55,329 nt of DNA from the IMG/VR virus record IMGVR_UViG_3300029199_000006, positions 1 to 55,329 of that record. The stretch is one strand, 5' to 3'. The position numbers and the translations under genes were made by a program. The notes beneath the pieces were generated by a model that saw nothing but the letters and a program-made list of their open reading frames with translations, was not told the origin of the DNA and made no database searches. The stretch's first letter is position 1, and the number at the start of each line of letters is the position of its first letter. Of the stretch, positions 1 through 7,947 are shown one piece after another. The DNA comes from a virus. Lineage: Duplodnaviria > Caudoviricetes.

Positions 1-109
1 GCTCCAACCCGCGCACGAGAGCAGGCACAACTCGTTTCGGACGTACTGATAAAAATAGTCGGCACCGAAAAGGTTGGTGCCACTGGTTGAGGCCCCGTTG
101 GTGTCCTTC
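1..109. repeat. Terminal overlap, identical to 55221-55329 (circular contig)
   Basis: Exact 109-bp match between the two ends; a reading frame runs across the join. Confidence 0.97.
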
Positions 110-1503
110 GGCAGGCCGAGACCGGCGAGTATCCAGCCACCTCCGGATTGATCGGCGGAGAGCACCTGGCTCGCGCCATTGCCGAAGCGCTGCGCGAAGC
201 CGTTACTCGGGTAGGTTGTTTGAAACACGGGACTGAACGGCTCCATCATCGCCCCTGCGCCGGTTGCTCCCCAGTGATCGGTGGCGGTGGCGACTCCGGA
301 GGTAAAATCCTTCATCGACGTGGCTTCCTTGGCGGCGCAAAAATCTCCGACCGTAGCCGCTCCTCCAGACGTATAGGCCGTGAAACCGGTGCTGTCCACG
401 CCGTCGAGGGTGATGGTGTTGGCATCGATGACGGTGAGCGTGTAGATTTTGTCGTTGAGCTCGGTCATGCCGCCCACGGAGGTAATCATTACCGGATCGC
501 CCGTGGTGCGGCCGTGACCGACGACCGTCAACTGGCAGGGATTACCCTGGGTCGCGGCGGTGATCGCCTTACTCGCGGCAACGCATGTGACGCCAAGGCT
601 GATCTCGTACATCAAGCCGTTCAGATCCGCCACTCCGCAGGCCTGGCCGTTGTGCGTGGTTTTCGCAAACGGTGCGCCGCTGCCGGTTTTGCCGCAGTCA
701 GAATAGCCGTCAGAGGTGTAACTAACTGCGCCGTCGTTGATATCTCCCAGGGCGTTATTGTTGCACCCCTTTGGGAAATTGCTGACGCCTGCGGCATCGT
801 ACCAGGCGCAATTGGTGGTGCCCGTAGCGGCTTGGCCGTGGGCGAGGGAGAGCATAGCCAGCGCCCCATAAATAAACCGGCTGCCGCAGAAAAATTGACT
901 TGAGGGATTGATCGCCCCGTCCACACCATCCCTCGCCTTGCAGGCATTGACAGCCTCGTAGTAGGCGTTAGCGCCGCATGCAGTCAATTCGGCTATCGGG
1001 TTATGGGCAGCAGATGTTGATAGTGGGAGACCTCCAGGGATGGCAGAGGCGACGAATCCAGAACCCAAGGCATTTTTGCTCGCCATGTATTTATCAACAA
1101 AAAAGCCGTCCTGCTCAACTCCGCCGTCGATAAACGCACGGTGCAGGGCGTAGCCCTGGGCTTCGGCGTCAAAGCGCGTGGGGTAGGTTTTGACTCCCCT
1201 TATGTCGATGGAGTTGACACCGTGGGCCGCGTAGGTGGGGTTATCGGCGTGGCCGACGCGGGAGTAGAATTTAGGCACCCAGACCATGATGGAGCCGTCG
1301 GCGTAGCGGTAGTTGCCGTGATTCTGGTGGGTCGGGTCGGTGTAGCCGTACATCGGCACCATGCCAGGGAGCAGAGCCTCGGGAGGCGCTACGCCAACGC
1401 CGAACCCTGCGCTGCCGGGGTCTCCGATGGAGTTGAGGACTCCGATAATTTCGCCGATGGCGGCGTCGAGTTGTGCGCCGGTGTAGCTTAGCTGATAGCC
1501 CAT
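1..1503 (-). CDS. DGR target protein, N-terminal 501 codons (Mtd-like receptor-binding protein, C-type-lectin/FGE-like fold); continues at 55220-55119, total 534 aa
   Basis: Hand translation from ATG 1503 (GGAGG upstream): MGYQLSYTGAQLDAAIG...GFFVDKY...GVADLNGLMYE...NELCLLSCAGWS, open to base 1. Not in the ORF track because it runs off the edge. Confidence 0.93.
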   Translation of the reverse strand, partial: MGYQLSYTGAQLDAAIGEIIGVLNSIGDPGSAGFGVGVAPPEALLPGMVPMYGYTDPTHQNHGNYRYADGSIMVWVPKFYSRVGHADNPTYAAHGVNSIDIRGVKTYPTRFDAEAQGYALHRAFIDGGVEQDGFFVDKYMASKNALGSGFVASAIPGGLPLSTSAAHNPIAELTACGANAYYEAVNACKARDGVDGAINPSSQFFCGSRFIYGALAMLSLAHGQAATGTTNCAWYDAAGVSNFPKGCNNNALGDINDGAVSYTSDGYSDCGKTGSGAPFAKTTHNGQACGVADLNGLMYEISLGVTCVAASKAITAATQGNPCQLTVVGHGRTTGDPVMITSVGGMTELNDKIYTLTVIDANTITLDGVDSTGFTAYTSGGAATVGDFCAAKEATSMKDFTSGVATATDHWGATGAGAMMEPFSPVFQTTYPSNGFAQRFGNGASQVLSADQSGGGWILAGLGLPKDTNGASTSGTNLFGADYFYQYVRNELCLLSCAGWS

Positions 1504-1647
1504 CTATGTTTCCTCCCTTTTGACTTTTAGTGTAGCGCCGTCTGCCGCATATACTTTTTCGTGTGAACCTGCGCCGTTGGCGACATAAAGATTATATTTT
1601 CGACTGAAGTTGTTGCCGCCAAGATTTAAACCAAGTCCTAATTGCAT
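1504..1647 (-). CDS. Small tail-region protein, 47 aa (MQLGLGLNLGG...)
   Basis: GAGGAG SD; stop abuts the target-gene ATG; LGLGL-type N-terminus as seen in phage tail proteins. Confidence 0.6.
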   Translation of the reverse strand: MQLGLGLNLGGNNFSRKYNLYVANGAGSHEKVYAADGATLKVKREET

Positions 1648-1819
1648 AATAATCTCCTCTTGTTTGTCCCGACCGTGCCACCGGCTCTGATAAGCGACAA
1701 CGCGCCGCTGTGCCGGAAATCACCGCATCCACCTGGTCTCCTACTGTTGCAGTCGAGACGGCCATACTTACCGGTGGCGCTATCCTCTCAAATTCTCCGT
1801 TTGGTTTTTGGTCTGAGAT

Positions 1820-2050
1820 CTACCAGCGGAATACGAGTATCTCGCCGTAATTGTCGTGAACAAAAAACCCTTCGCTGTCAATTACCATAGCCACTCCCTG
1901 CGTCGCAGACAGGTCTATCGCGCACAGCGGGGCGTGGAAAAGGTCTGCCCTGGCTGCCAGCAAAGGTATTGCCGGCAGCTTCAATAGCGGCGTTGCCGTT
2001 AAATCCATATCTCCCAGTGCCGGCTTTAGCAGGGCCATACTCAGCCCCAT
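1820..2050 (-). CDS. Hypothetical virion-region protein
   Basis: Start overlaps the upstream gene stop; co-oriented with the structural operon. Confidence 0.6.
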   Translation of the reverse strand: MGLSMALLKPALGDMDLTATPLLKLPAIPLLAARADLFHAPLCAIDLSATQGVAMVIDSEGFFVHDNYGEILVFRW

Positions 2051-2367
2051 GTCGGGCCTCCCGCAATGTCTGCCTGGCCGCTTTTAACCAATTTCACATA
2101 GTTGTCAGGATCAAGGGACAGCAGGAACCAAGTGACGCCAGAATCGGGCAAGGCGGTCAAATTGGCCTGTAGTTCGTTAAACCAAACACGGTTAATAATC
2201 GCGGCATCCGCCGCCCCGCTGATCGACAAGAGTTCGACGCCGTATCGGTCCAGCAGTTTGATCTTAAAGGACCAGCCGCTAACATCGAGCGCCGCACCTG
2301 CATCGAAGAAGTCCACGTATTCGTGAAAGTCGGTATTCGTGTTGATCGTGATCTTTTTCGTTGCCAT
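2041..2367 (-). CDS. Hypothetical structural protein (beta-rich)
   Basis: 108-aa ORF with SD in the structural operon. Confidence 0.7.
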   Translation of the reverse strand: MATKKITINTNTDFHEYVDFFDAGAALDVSGWSFKIKLLDRYGVELLSISGAADAAIINRVWFNELQANLTALPDSGVTWFLLSLDPDNYVKLVKSGQADIAGGPTWG

Positions 2368-2379
2368 ACGGTGTCCCCT

Positions 2380-3066
2380 TTATTCTCGTCGGCTTTTGCG
2401 CGGCTCCACTTTCTGTTCAGCCAGGTCCAACACACCCAACCCCTGCCCGAAAGCCTGGAGATGAAATGCCGCTTTTTGAGTGCTGGCCGCTTCCGTTTCC
2501 TTGCTGTGCGCCCGATGCAGGACAAAATGGTACAGGTCGTTGGCGTATTCGTCGGGCAGCGAAAGGTTGCTGTCGGAATCGCCGGTCGAGGTCCCGTCAT
2601 GATCGGCCAGGGTGCAGTCCGTCGGATTGTCGGCCCGGACCTGCTCCACATAGCCCATTCCGGAAGCCGGTTGCGGGGGATAGACGTAATAGGTCTTGGA
2701 ATCGCGCTCGTCAAAGCAGAAGTGTAGCGCCGAAGCGGAAGGGATGGACTTGTGCCAGCCTGGCAGAATAGCGTCCAGCGTCTTCTTTGGGCATTCGTGG
2801 ATTATATCGCCCGGGGTTGCGCCATCGGCACCCATGTTGCGGGTCAAATCGATCAGGCAGACGGCGCCAGCCGGCAGTGTCTGCTTGGTCCCGGCCACCA
2901 GTTGCACCGATTCGTTGACCGTGTTCGCCTCTGGCTTGTACTTGACGATCTCCCGCTGTCCGTCGTTGAGATAGTCCAGCAGTTCCTTGTCGCCCCATCG
3001 CACCCCGGTTTCGTCCAGCAGGGCCGTTTTTGCATCATCCACTACCTGTCTTGCGGTTTTGGCCAT
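2380..3066 (-). CDS. Head-tail adaptor protein (DUF6682-like)
   Basis: RWGDKELLDYLNDGQREI...LVAGTKQTLP...YYVYPP pattern typical of podovirus adaptors. Confidence 0.75.
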   Translation of the reverse strand: MAKTARQVVDDAKTALLDETGVRWGDKELLDYLNDGQREIVKYKPEANTVNESVQLVAGTKQTLPAGAVCLIDLTRNMGADGATPGDIIHECPKKTLDAILPGWHKSIPSASALHFCFDERDSKTYYVYPPQPASGMGYVEQVRADNPTDCTLADHDGTSTGDSDSNLSLPDEYANDLYHFVLHRAHSKETEAASTQKAAFHLQAFGQGLGVLDLAEQKVEPRKSRRE

Positions 3067-3078
3067 CGGTTATCCTTT

Positions 3079-3681
3079 TTAATAGTAAAAGCCGCTGGTC
3101 CGCCGTCGTCCGCTCTTGCGTCGGTACATCAAAGTGTCAATCTTCATGTTCGCGAGCATCCTCATACCGGCAAAGTCGTTGGCAGCCCCGGTCAGGTAGG
3201 CCGGGATCAGATCGAGGTAAATTTGATCCAGATACCCGCAATAGGGAAGATCATCGTCCATGGCCTCCACGGCGGCAGGGTATTGCCAATAGGGCACATG
3301 GACCGTTACGTCGCTGTCTGTCGCGGCGGGATAGGGGTAAATCGTCAGAACTGTCCCGCGCAGATCGTAAAACTCGGGGACCTGGCCGGTCTGGCCGGTG
3401 TACTCGCTGCGGTAGGTTTCGGTCATGGGCCTGAGTTGGCCCTGATCTTCGACCCAAGGATGTTCAGTAGCGCCTAGGAACCCTTCGGGGAGCTCGCCTT
3501 CGGGCGATCCAGCCACCACCACAACCTCCCCGGTCGCCTTGGCCAAATCACTTTGACGGTCAATCAGGGCCATAAACAACAGGTCGGACAAGCTGTTGAC
3601 CGCCTGAAAGATATCCATGCCATCGACCGCCGGGCCTTTAAGTCGGGGGAGAGTCTTGTGCAGCAGGTCTTGAACGGTCAT
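3079..3681 (-). CDS. Second adaptor-like virion protein
   Basis: GQVPEFY...LTIYPYP motif resembles adaptor/tubular-A proteins; position after the capsid genes. Confidence 0.55.
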   Translation of the reverse strand: MTVQDLLHKTLPRLKGPAVDGMDIFQAVNSLSDLLFMALIDRQSDLAKATGEVVVVAGSPEGELPEGFLGATEHPWVEDQGQLRPMTETYRSEYTGQTGQVPEFYDLRGTVLTIYPYPAATDSDVTVHVPYWQYPAAVEAMDDDLPYCGYLDQIYLDLIPAYLTGAANDFAGMRMLANMKIDTLMYRRKSGRRRTSGFYY

Positions 3682-3789
3682 GGCAACGCCTCGGTAATGG
3701 TAGTGAATGCTTTCTGAATAGCCCAGCAGAAGCAGATCGACATGAAAGCCGCAGCCGCCAGGACAACCAGACAGGCTTTGCCGCTCGGG

Positions 3790-4173
3790 TTATTGCGATG
3801 CCAAGGGGCCATGATCCGTCTCCTTGTTGATTTTCGGCCAGAGCTTATCTACCGCCCACCCAACAACATATGCCTCGACCTCCCGGTTTTTATCCTCAAT
3901 GCCATGGTGTAGTGTAAACTCGTCAGCGTAATGGACCAGTTCGTGAACCAGTACCCCGAGATCCGGCTTGGCTATCCAGAGAATGGAACCACACTGTTTG
4001 CCGTCATAGCCTGGTGCTTCCACAGCCATGCCCAGGTGTTTCTTGCAGGCTCTGGCGAAACGGTCCTTCTCTTCTTCGCCGACGAAGAGCCAAAGAGGTG
4101 TGTTGAACATTGGGATACGCAGGGTTATTTTCACGCAGGCTCCTTTGCGTCCGTGGTCCAAGTTGCGCCGCAC
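3790..4173 (-). CDS. Hypothetical protein with HExxH (zincin-like) motif
   Basis: VLVHELVH...EVEAY; true start uncertain. Confidence 0.55.
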   Translation of the reverse strand: MRRNLDHGRKGACVKITLRIPMFNTPLWLFVGEEEKDRFARACKKHLGMAVEAPGYDGKQCGSILWIAKPDLGVLVHELVHYADEFTLHHGIEDKNREVEAYVVGWAVDKLWPKINKETDHGPLASQ

Positions 4174-4257
4174 TCGGGGCAGGTTAAAACCGTATCGGCC
4201 CCGGAACCGGTCCCATGCAGCAGAGTATTGCAGGGAAGGCTTCGCTTAAACGGGCCG

Positions 4258-4668
4258 TCACCTTGCAGTCGATTCAGCGGGCAGCGGGTCAGCATGTTCC
4301 TCAATTTCCCTTAAAACCAGCTCCAGCACCGCCAGATTGCCCCATGCTCGATGGGCGATATGCAGCAAGGCGGAATCTTTGTCGTACAGTTCCCCTTTGG
4401 CGTCGGCCAGATCGTGCCGCAAGCGGGCATCGTCGTAGCGGGCCACGGCGTCCTCGATGGTGTCCCAGGAATCCCACCCGTGGTTCTCGGCGCCATGCTC
4501 GTTGACCCGTGCAATGGCTTCCAAGGCTCGGGGGAAGTAGCGCAACACCGAATGCAGGCAAGGCTTGCCCTTGTCGTGCTTCGCCCCGGCGCCGCGATGG
4601 GAGGTGGTGGCCATATTGGTAATGGTTGGCGTCTTGATAGGTCCGTAAACCATAGGCCCTTCTCTCAT
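4258..4668 (-). CDS. DUF5664-like (dATP/dGTP diphosphohydrolase-like) protein
   Basis: GAKHDKGK...ALEAIARV..HGA...W...RYDDARLRH...DKDSALLHIAH.AW pattern. Confidence 0.75.
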   Translation of the reverse strand: MREGPMVYGPIKTPTITNMATTSHRGAGAKHDKGKPCLHSVLRYFPRALEAIARVNEHGAENHGWDSWDTIEDAVARYDDARLRHDLADAKGELYDKDSALLHIAHRAWGNLAVLELVLREIEEHADPLPAESTAR

Positions 4669-5087
4669 GAACCCCCCTTGAGAATCTTCACCCGGTTCGC
4701 CACCCATGACTTGCTGCGGTCCACCAGCTCGGCAATCTGCCCGTAAGACAAGCCCTGTTCATGCAGAGACAGCACATGCGCGTCCCGCTCTGCGTCGGTC
4801 ATTTCCGGCTCTTCGGCAGCGTCTTCCTCTTCGGTTTCGTCCTCAGCCTGTCCCTCATCAGGATCTTCGTCTTTCGGCAGCGGCTTCGGATCCGGGCTCA
4901 CGCTCGGCTTATCCCCGGCATACGGTCGGTATAGCCCCGTCGAAAACATCTGCTGCACATGCGCATCGTTGGTCACGTCGCAGACACACGCCCCGCCCAA
5001 ATCGGCGCGACAGGTGAATAAGTAATCATATTTGTCAATCGTTACGGGCGTCGCTCCATCCCGCTGTATCAGGCATTCCACCAACAT
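4665..5087 (-). CDS. Hypothetical protein with acidic linker and C-terminal HTH
   Basis: GLSYGQIAELVDRSKSWV resembles an HTH. Confidence 0.65.
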   Translation of the reverse strand: MLVECLIQRDGATPVTIDKYDYLFTCRADLGGACVCDVTNDAHVQQMFSTGLYRPYAGDKPSVSPDPKPLPKDEDPDEGQAEDETEEEDAAEEPEMTDAERDAHVLSLHEQGLSYGQIAELVDRSKSWVANRVKILKGGS

Positions 5088-5112
5088 TTGAGTCCTCCAG
5101 AACTGGTGTTAT

Positions 5113-5141
5113 AGGCAGGGCCGGTTTTCGCGGCCCTGCCT
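5113..5141. terminator. Strong hairpin after the capsid/cement genes
   Basis: AGGCAGGGCCG / CGGCCCTGCCT perfect 11-bp stem; no clear U-tract. Confidence 0.4.
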
Positions 5142-5160
5142 GCTATTCAACCATCAATCG

Positions 5161-5610
5161 TTACGCCGGGACCGACAGCACCTTGAGTTTCAGGGTGCCA
5201 GCAGCCTTGGTGGCGGCCACGGTCGTGACCTTGACCCCGATAACCCGGTCCACGCTGGACGCGGCCAGTTGCAGCCCGGCCACGGTATCGGCCCTGGCGA
5301 CTCCACCGGTGCTCCCAACGGCCGAGCCGGTAATAAAGTTGGTCGAGGCCACCAAGTCATCCCCGTCCGAGTTGACCACCCCAACGGCCAGAGCAATGGT
5401 CGGGGTGCCGTTGGTGTCCAGGTCGTCCGCCTCAAGAATCACGTCTACAGGCTTATGCCCGGCGGGAAGGAAGGCGAGTTTGACAATATCGTTAGCGGCC
5501 AGAGTTACGGGCGCTTCATAGGCGCCCTCGTTGCAAACCACTACCCCGGCCTGTCCACCGGAAATAGCAGGCTGCTCCTGCGAGATATGGGTTGCGGTAA
5601 AAGTTGCCAT
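5161..5610 (-). CDS. Capsid cement/decoration protein
   Basis: Ala/Gly/Thr-rich beta protein directly after the capsid gene (DDLDTNGTPTI motif). Confidence 0.65.
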   Translation of the reverse strand: MATFTATHISQEQPAISGGQAGVVVCNEGAYEAPVTLAANDIVKLAFLPAGHKPVDVILEADDLDTNGTPTIALAVGVVNSDGDDLVASTNFITGSAVGSTGGVARADTVAGLQLAASSVDRVIGVKVTTVAATKAAGTLKLKVLSVPA

Positions 5611-5661
5611 GTCGTTCTCCTTTAGCTGAGCCCCGGCTTCCCGGGGATCAGTCGCGTGTTA

Positions 5662-6438
5662 TTAGGTGGGCGCAACGGCGGCTGTATCAATGGCGTAAGC
5701 GCCAAAGTCGAGGCCGTTGAACGAGCACTTCTTGAAGCCCCAGATGCACGACGTCGAAATGATAATCTCGTTGTCGTTGTCCTCAGTGCCTTCGTACCAA
5801 TCGAAGCGCAGACCCACGCCGCCCTTGCTGCCAAAGGCCACCGCACCTGCCTGACGGCCCAGGAACAGGGCACGGGCTGCGGCCACGTCGCTACCGCTGC
5901 CGTAGTCGTCGAAGCGGACAATGCCCTCTTCTTCCTGCAGCACGACGTTGTTGTACATGCCCAGGCCCCCTTTAAAAATGGGGTTGTCCTTGCCCTGAGC
6001 GGTCACAGCGGCTTTTTGCAGATCCAGCCAATCACCGGTTTCGGCGCTGGTCCGCAGGTCAGTTGCCTGCTGCGGATTCATCATGCAGACGAAGTGTTTC
6101 TCGCCGTTAATCATGATGGGCTGCAGTTTGGGAACGCCCTTGGTGCCGCCACCCATGAGCTTGACGGCAGTGACTACCGCGTCAATGTCTGCCAGGGTCA
6201 TCTTGTCGGTTGCGGCCAGTGTCGCCTTGGTGGTGCCGCCACCGTAGCGGATATGGTAGCTGTCCGGGGCGGTCAGGCTGTTGTTGGCGCGACCAGTCCA
6301 GTCCGTGCCATAGACAAAATCGTCATTTACACCGCGAGCGCCGGACAGGTACATGAAGATGCTTTCGGAAAAAGCCCGTGCCCACCATTCGGCCATCCGG
6401 GCCTTGGCCACCTTGCGCATCGAGTGAAGCGTCCGTTT
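5662..6438 (-). CDS. Major capsid protein (N4-gp56 family), exon 2
   Basis: KRTLHSMRKVAKARMAEWW...NPIFKGGLGMYNNVVL...ALFLGRQA; splices in frame to exon 1, giving 368 aa. Confidence 0.93.
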   Translation of the reverse strand, partial: KRTLHSMRKVAKARMAEWWARAFSESIFMYLSGARGVNDDFVYGTDWTGRANNSLTAPDSYHIRYGGGTTKATLAATDKMTLADIDAVVTAVKLMGGGTKGVPKLQPIMINGEKHFVCMMNPQQATDLRTSAETGDWLDLQKAAVTAQGKDNPIFKGGLGMYNNVVLQEEEGIVRFDDYGSGSDVAAARALFLGRQAGAVAFGSKGGVGLRFDWYEGTEDNDNEIIISTSCIWGFKKCSFNGLDFGAYAIDTAAVAPT

Positions 6439-7380
6439 CCTTTATGTTCGGCGAGGGCCGCTAGTTCCTCGCCCGCCCAATCGGGCAGCTTACGGTTTCC
6501 CGTAAGAGCAGACTATATCTTGAACCTCTAAACAGTGAGGCTCCCTGGCACTTCGAGCCGCTTGGCTCTACTCCCTTGCGGGATAGTCGTTGAAGGTTCT
6601 TCCAATAGGTCTTGCCACCTCACTGCGTGGGCCGAACAGTCAAAACTTTCGTTCGATCCCTTGATGAGGTTGATCGTCGCAGGCAAATACTGAAGGTTTT
6701 CCGGCTTATGCTCCCCGCCCTTGTCCAGTGGCACGATATGGTCCACGTGGTACCCATCAGGACGGTGGAGATAAACAAGACGGATTTTTTTCAGGTCAGA
6801 AGGGCTGCAAGGCAAAGTGCTCTTCTTTAAAGCCCTTCTCTTCGCGTGGGCTGCTAAACGAGCAGCCCGACCTTCTTTCGTTTGCCGGTACTCCGCGTCG
6901 CAAAGAGCTTTCTTCTTTCTTGCGACGGGATCATTTCTCAGCCTGCGATTATTGGCCTGCACCTTGTAAGCCGTGTTCGCCGCCCTGCAAGCATCACACT
7001 TGCAATAGCGGTAACCGGTTTTGGTGCCGTGCGGGTACTCTGGATGGTCCAGCGGCATATCAAGAATTTTTCGGTATGCCGGAGACTTCACACCTTTTTG
7101 AGACAAATTGTAGTCGGCCTTTGCCCTGCGACAGTCGTAGCAGCGACAACCCTTCTGATATCCGCTCAGCTTTCCATGCGGATATTCCGGGTGGCTTGTG
7201 TCTCTGATGTAATTTCTCTTTCCCATTGGAAGCTTCCCTGCTGATTACCCAATCCGCGATATTTTCAGACCGTCACGATTGCCTTTACAGGCTGCGTTGT
7301 GGTTATCGCGGCTCTAAGGGCTTTCCAGCAATTCACCAGGTTTTCATCAACACATTGCTGTGTTAAGCCGCTATTTCATA
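6439..7380 (-). ncRNA. Group I self-splicing intron (IA-like), 942 nt
   Basis: P AATTGCTGGAAA, Q AATCAGCAGG, R CTTCAACGACTA, S AAGATATAGTCT; P1 CCGU/UAUGAAAUAGCGG with U-G at the 5' splice site; P9 GAAA hairpin; terminal G. Confidence 0.93.
6528..7226 (-). CDS. Intron-encoded HNH homing endonuclease
   Basis: YHVDHIVPLDKGGEH.PENLQYL..TINLIK; two N-terminal HPEYPHG..GY..C.C..CR.A repeats. Confidence 0.9.
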   Translation of the reverse strand: MGKRNYIRDTSHPEYPHGKLSGYQKGCRCYDCRRAKADYNLSQKGVKSPAYRKILDMPLDHPEYPHGTKTGYRYCKCDACRAANTAYKVQANNRRLRNDPVARKKKALCDAEYRQTKEGRAARLAAHAKRRALKKSTLPCSPSDLKKIRLVYLHRPDGYHVDHIVPLDKGGEHKPENLQYLPATINLIKGSNESFDCSAHAVRWQDLLEEPSTTIPQGSRAKRLEVPGSLTV

Positions 7381-7710
7381 ACGGGTCATTCTGCCGCCGC
7401 CATTGACACCACCGCGCATCTGGTCGATATAGACCGAATCGCTGTAGAACTTCAGGGGTTCTTCGGTGCCGCGCTGCTTGTTGTCGCCTTCAATCGGCGC
7501 CTGCTTGAGCTGTACGCTCAAATCGTAGGTGATCTGTTCCCCCGCATCGTTCTGCAGTTCATCGAGCTGCACGATGGGGGCCTGAGCCTCTTCGCCCTTA
7601 CCGATGTACTTCCGGTTCCAGGGGTTTTGACGAGCGACGTCGATGGCCAGCATTCCGGAATAGCGCTTGACCGCCTTGGCGTCACCCAATCCAACAATCG
7701 TTCTTGCCAT
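7381..7710 (-). CDS. Major capsid protein (N4-gp56 family), exon 1
   Basis: MARTIVGLGDAKAVKRYS...DAGEQITYDL...EGD...GTEE.L.FYSD.VYIDQMRGGV..GGRMTR, 110 codons. Confidence 0.93.
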
Positions 7711-7779
7711 GGGTAAACCTCCATTCGTTGCGGCACTCCTGCGCCTTCATTTGGGTTGTGCGGGCCGTCCACGCCCGGT
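7711..7779 (-). promoter_or_regulatory. Capsid leader with GGA-loop hairpins (candidate CsrA-type sites)
   Basis: GGGC-GTGGACG-GCCC, GGCGC-AGGA-GTGCC and SD AATGGAGG. Confidence 0.5.
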
Positions 7780-7947
7780 TTAGGTTTTGTCCTTGCCGCC
7801 GCGCTCAACGCGAATCGTTTTGCTGGCGGTAATCTGCAAGCGGGCTTTGCGCCCGGTTTTATCGGTCATGCGAACGCTGGCCCCACCGATAATCACGGTT
7901 TGTCCGGCTTCCAGGTCAATGTAGAGCCTGCGCTGATCGTCGGTCAT
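7780..7947 (-). CDS. CsrA/RsmA-like micro-protein, 55 aa
   Basis: MTDDQRRLYIDLEAGQTVIIGGASVRMTDKTGRKARLQITASKTIRVER matches the CsrA beta-strand pattern; ATG overlaps the scaffold stop; below the ORF-track cutoff. Confidence 0.6.
   Translation of the reverse strand: MTDDQRRLYIDLEAGQTVIIGGASVRMTDKTGRKARLQITASKTIRVERGGKDKT

Noticed and set aside
148-903. 251-aa + strand ORF and other ORFs within 1-1500
   Set aside because: Antisense or off-frame shadows of the DGR target gene
4258-4668. Z-base (2-aminoadenine) genome pathway
   Set aside because: No purZ, DatZ-like gene or phage DNA polymerase seen
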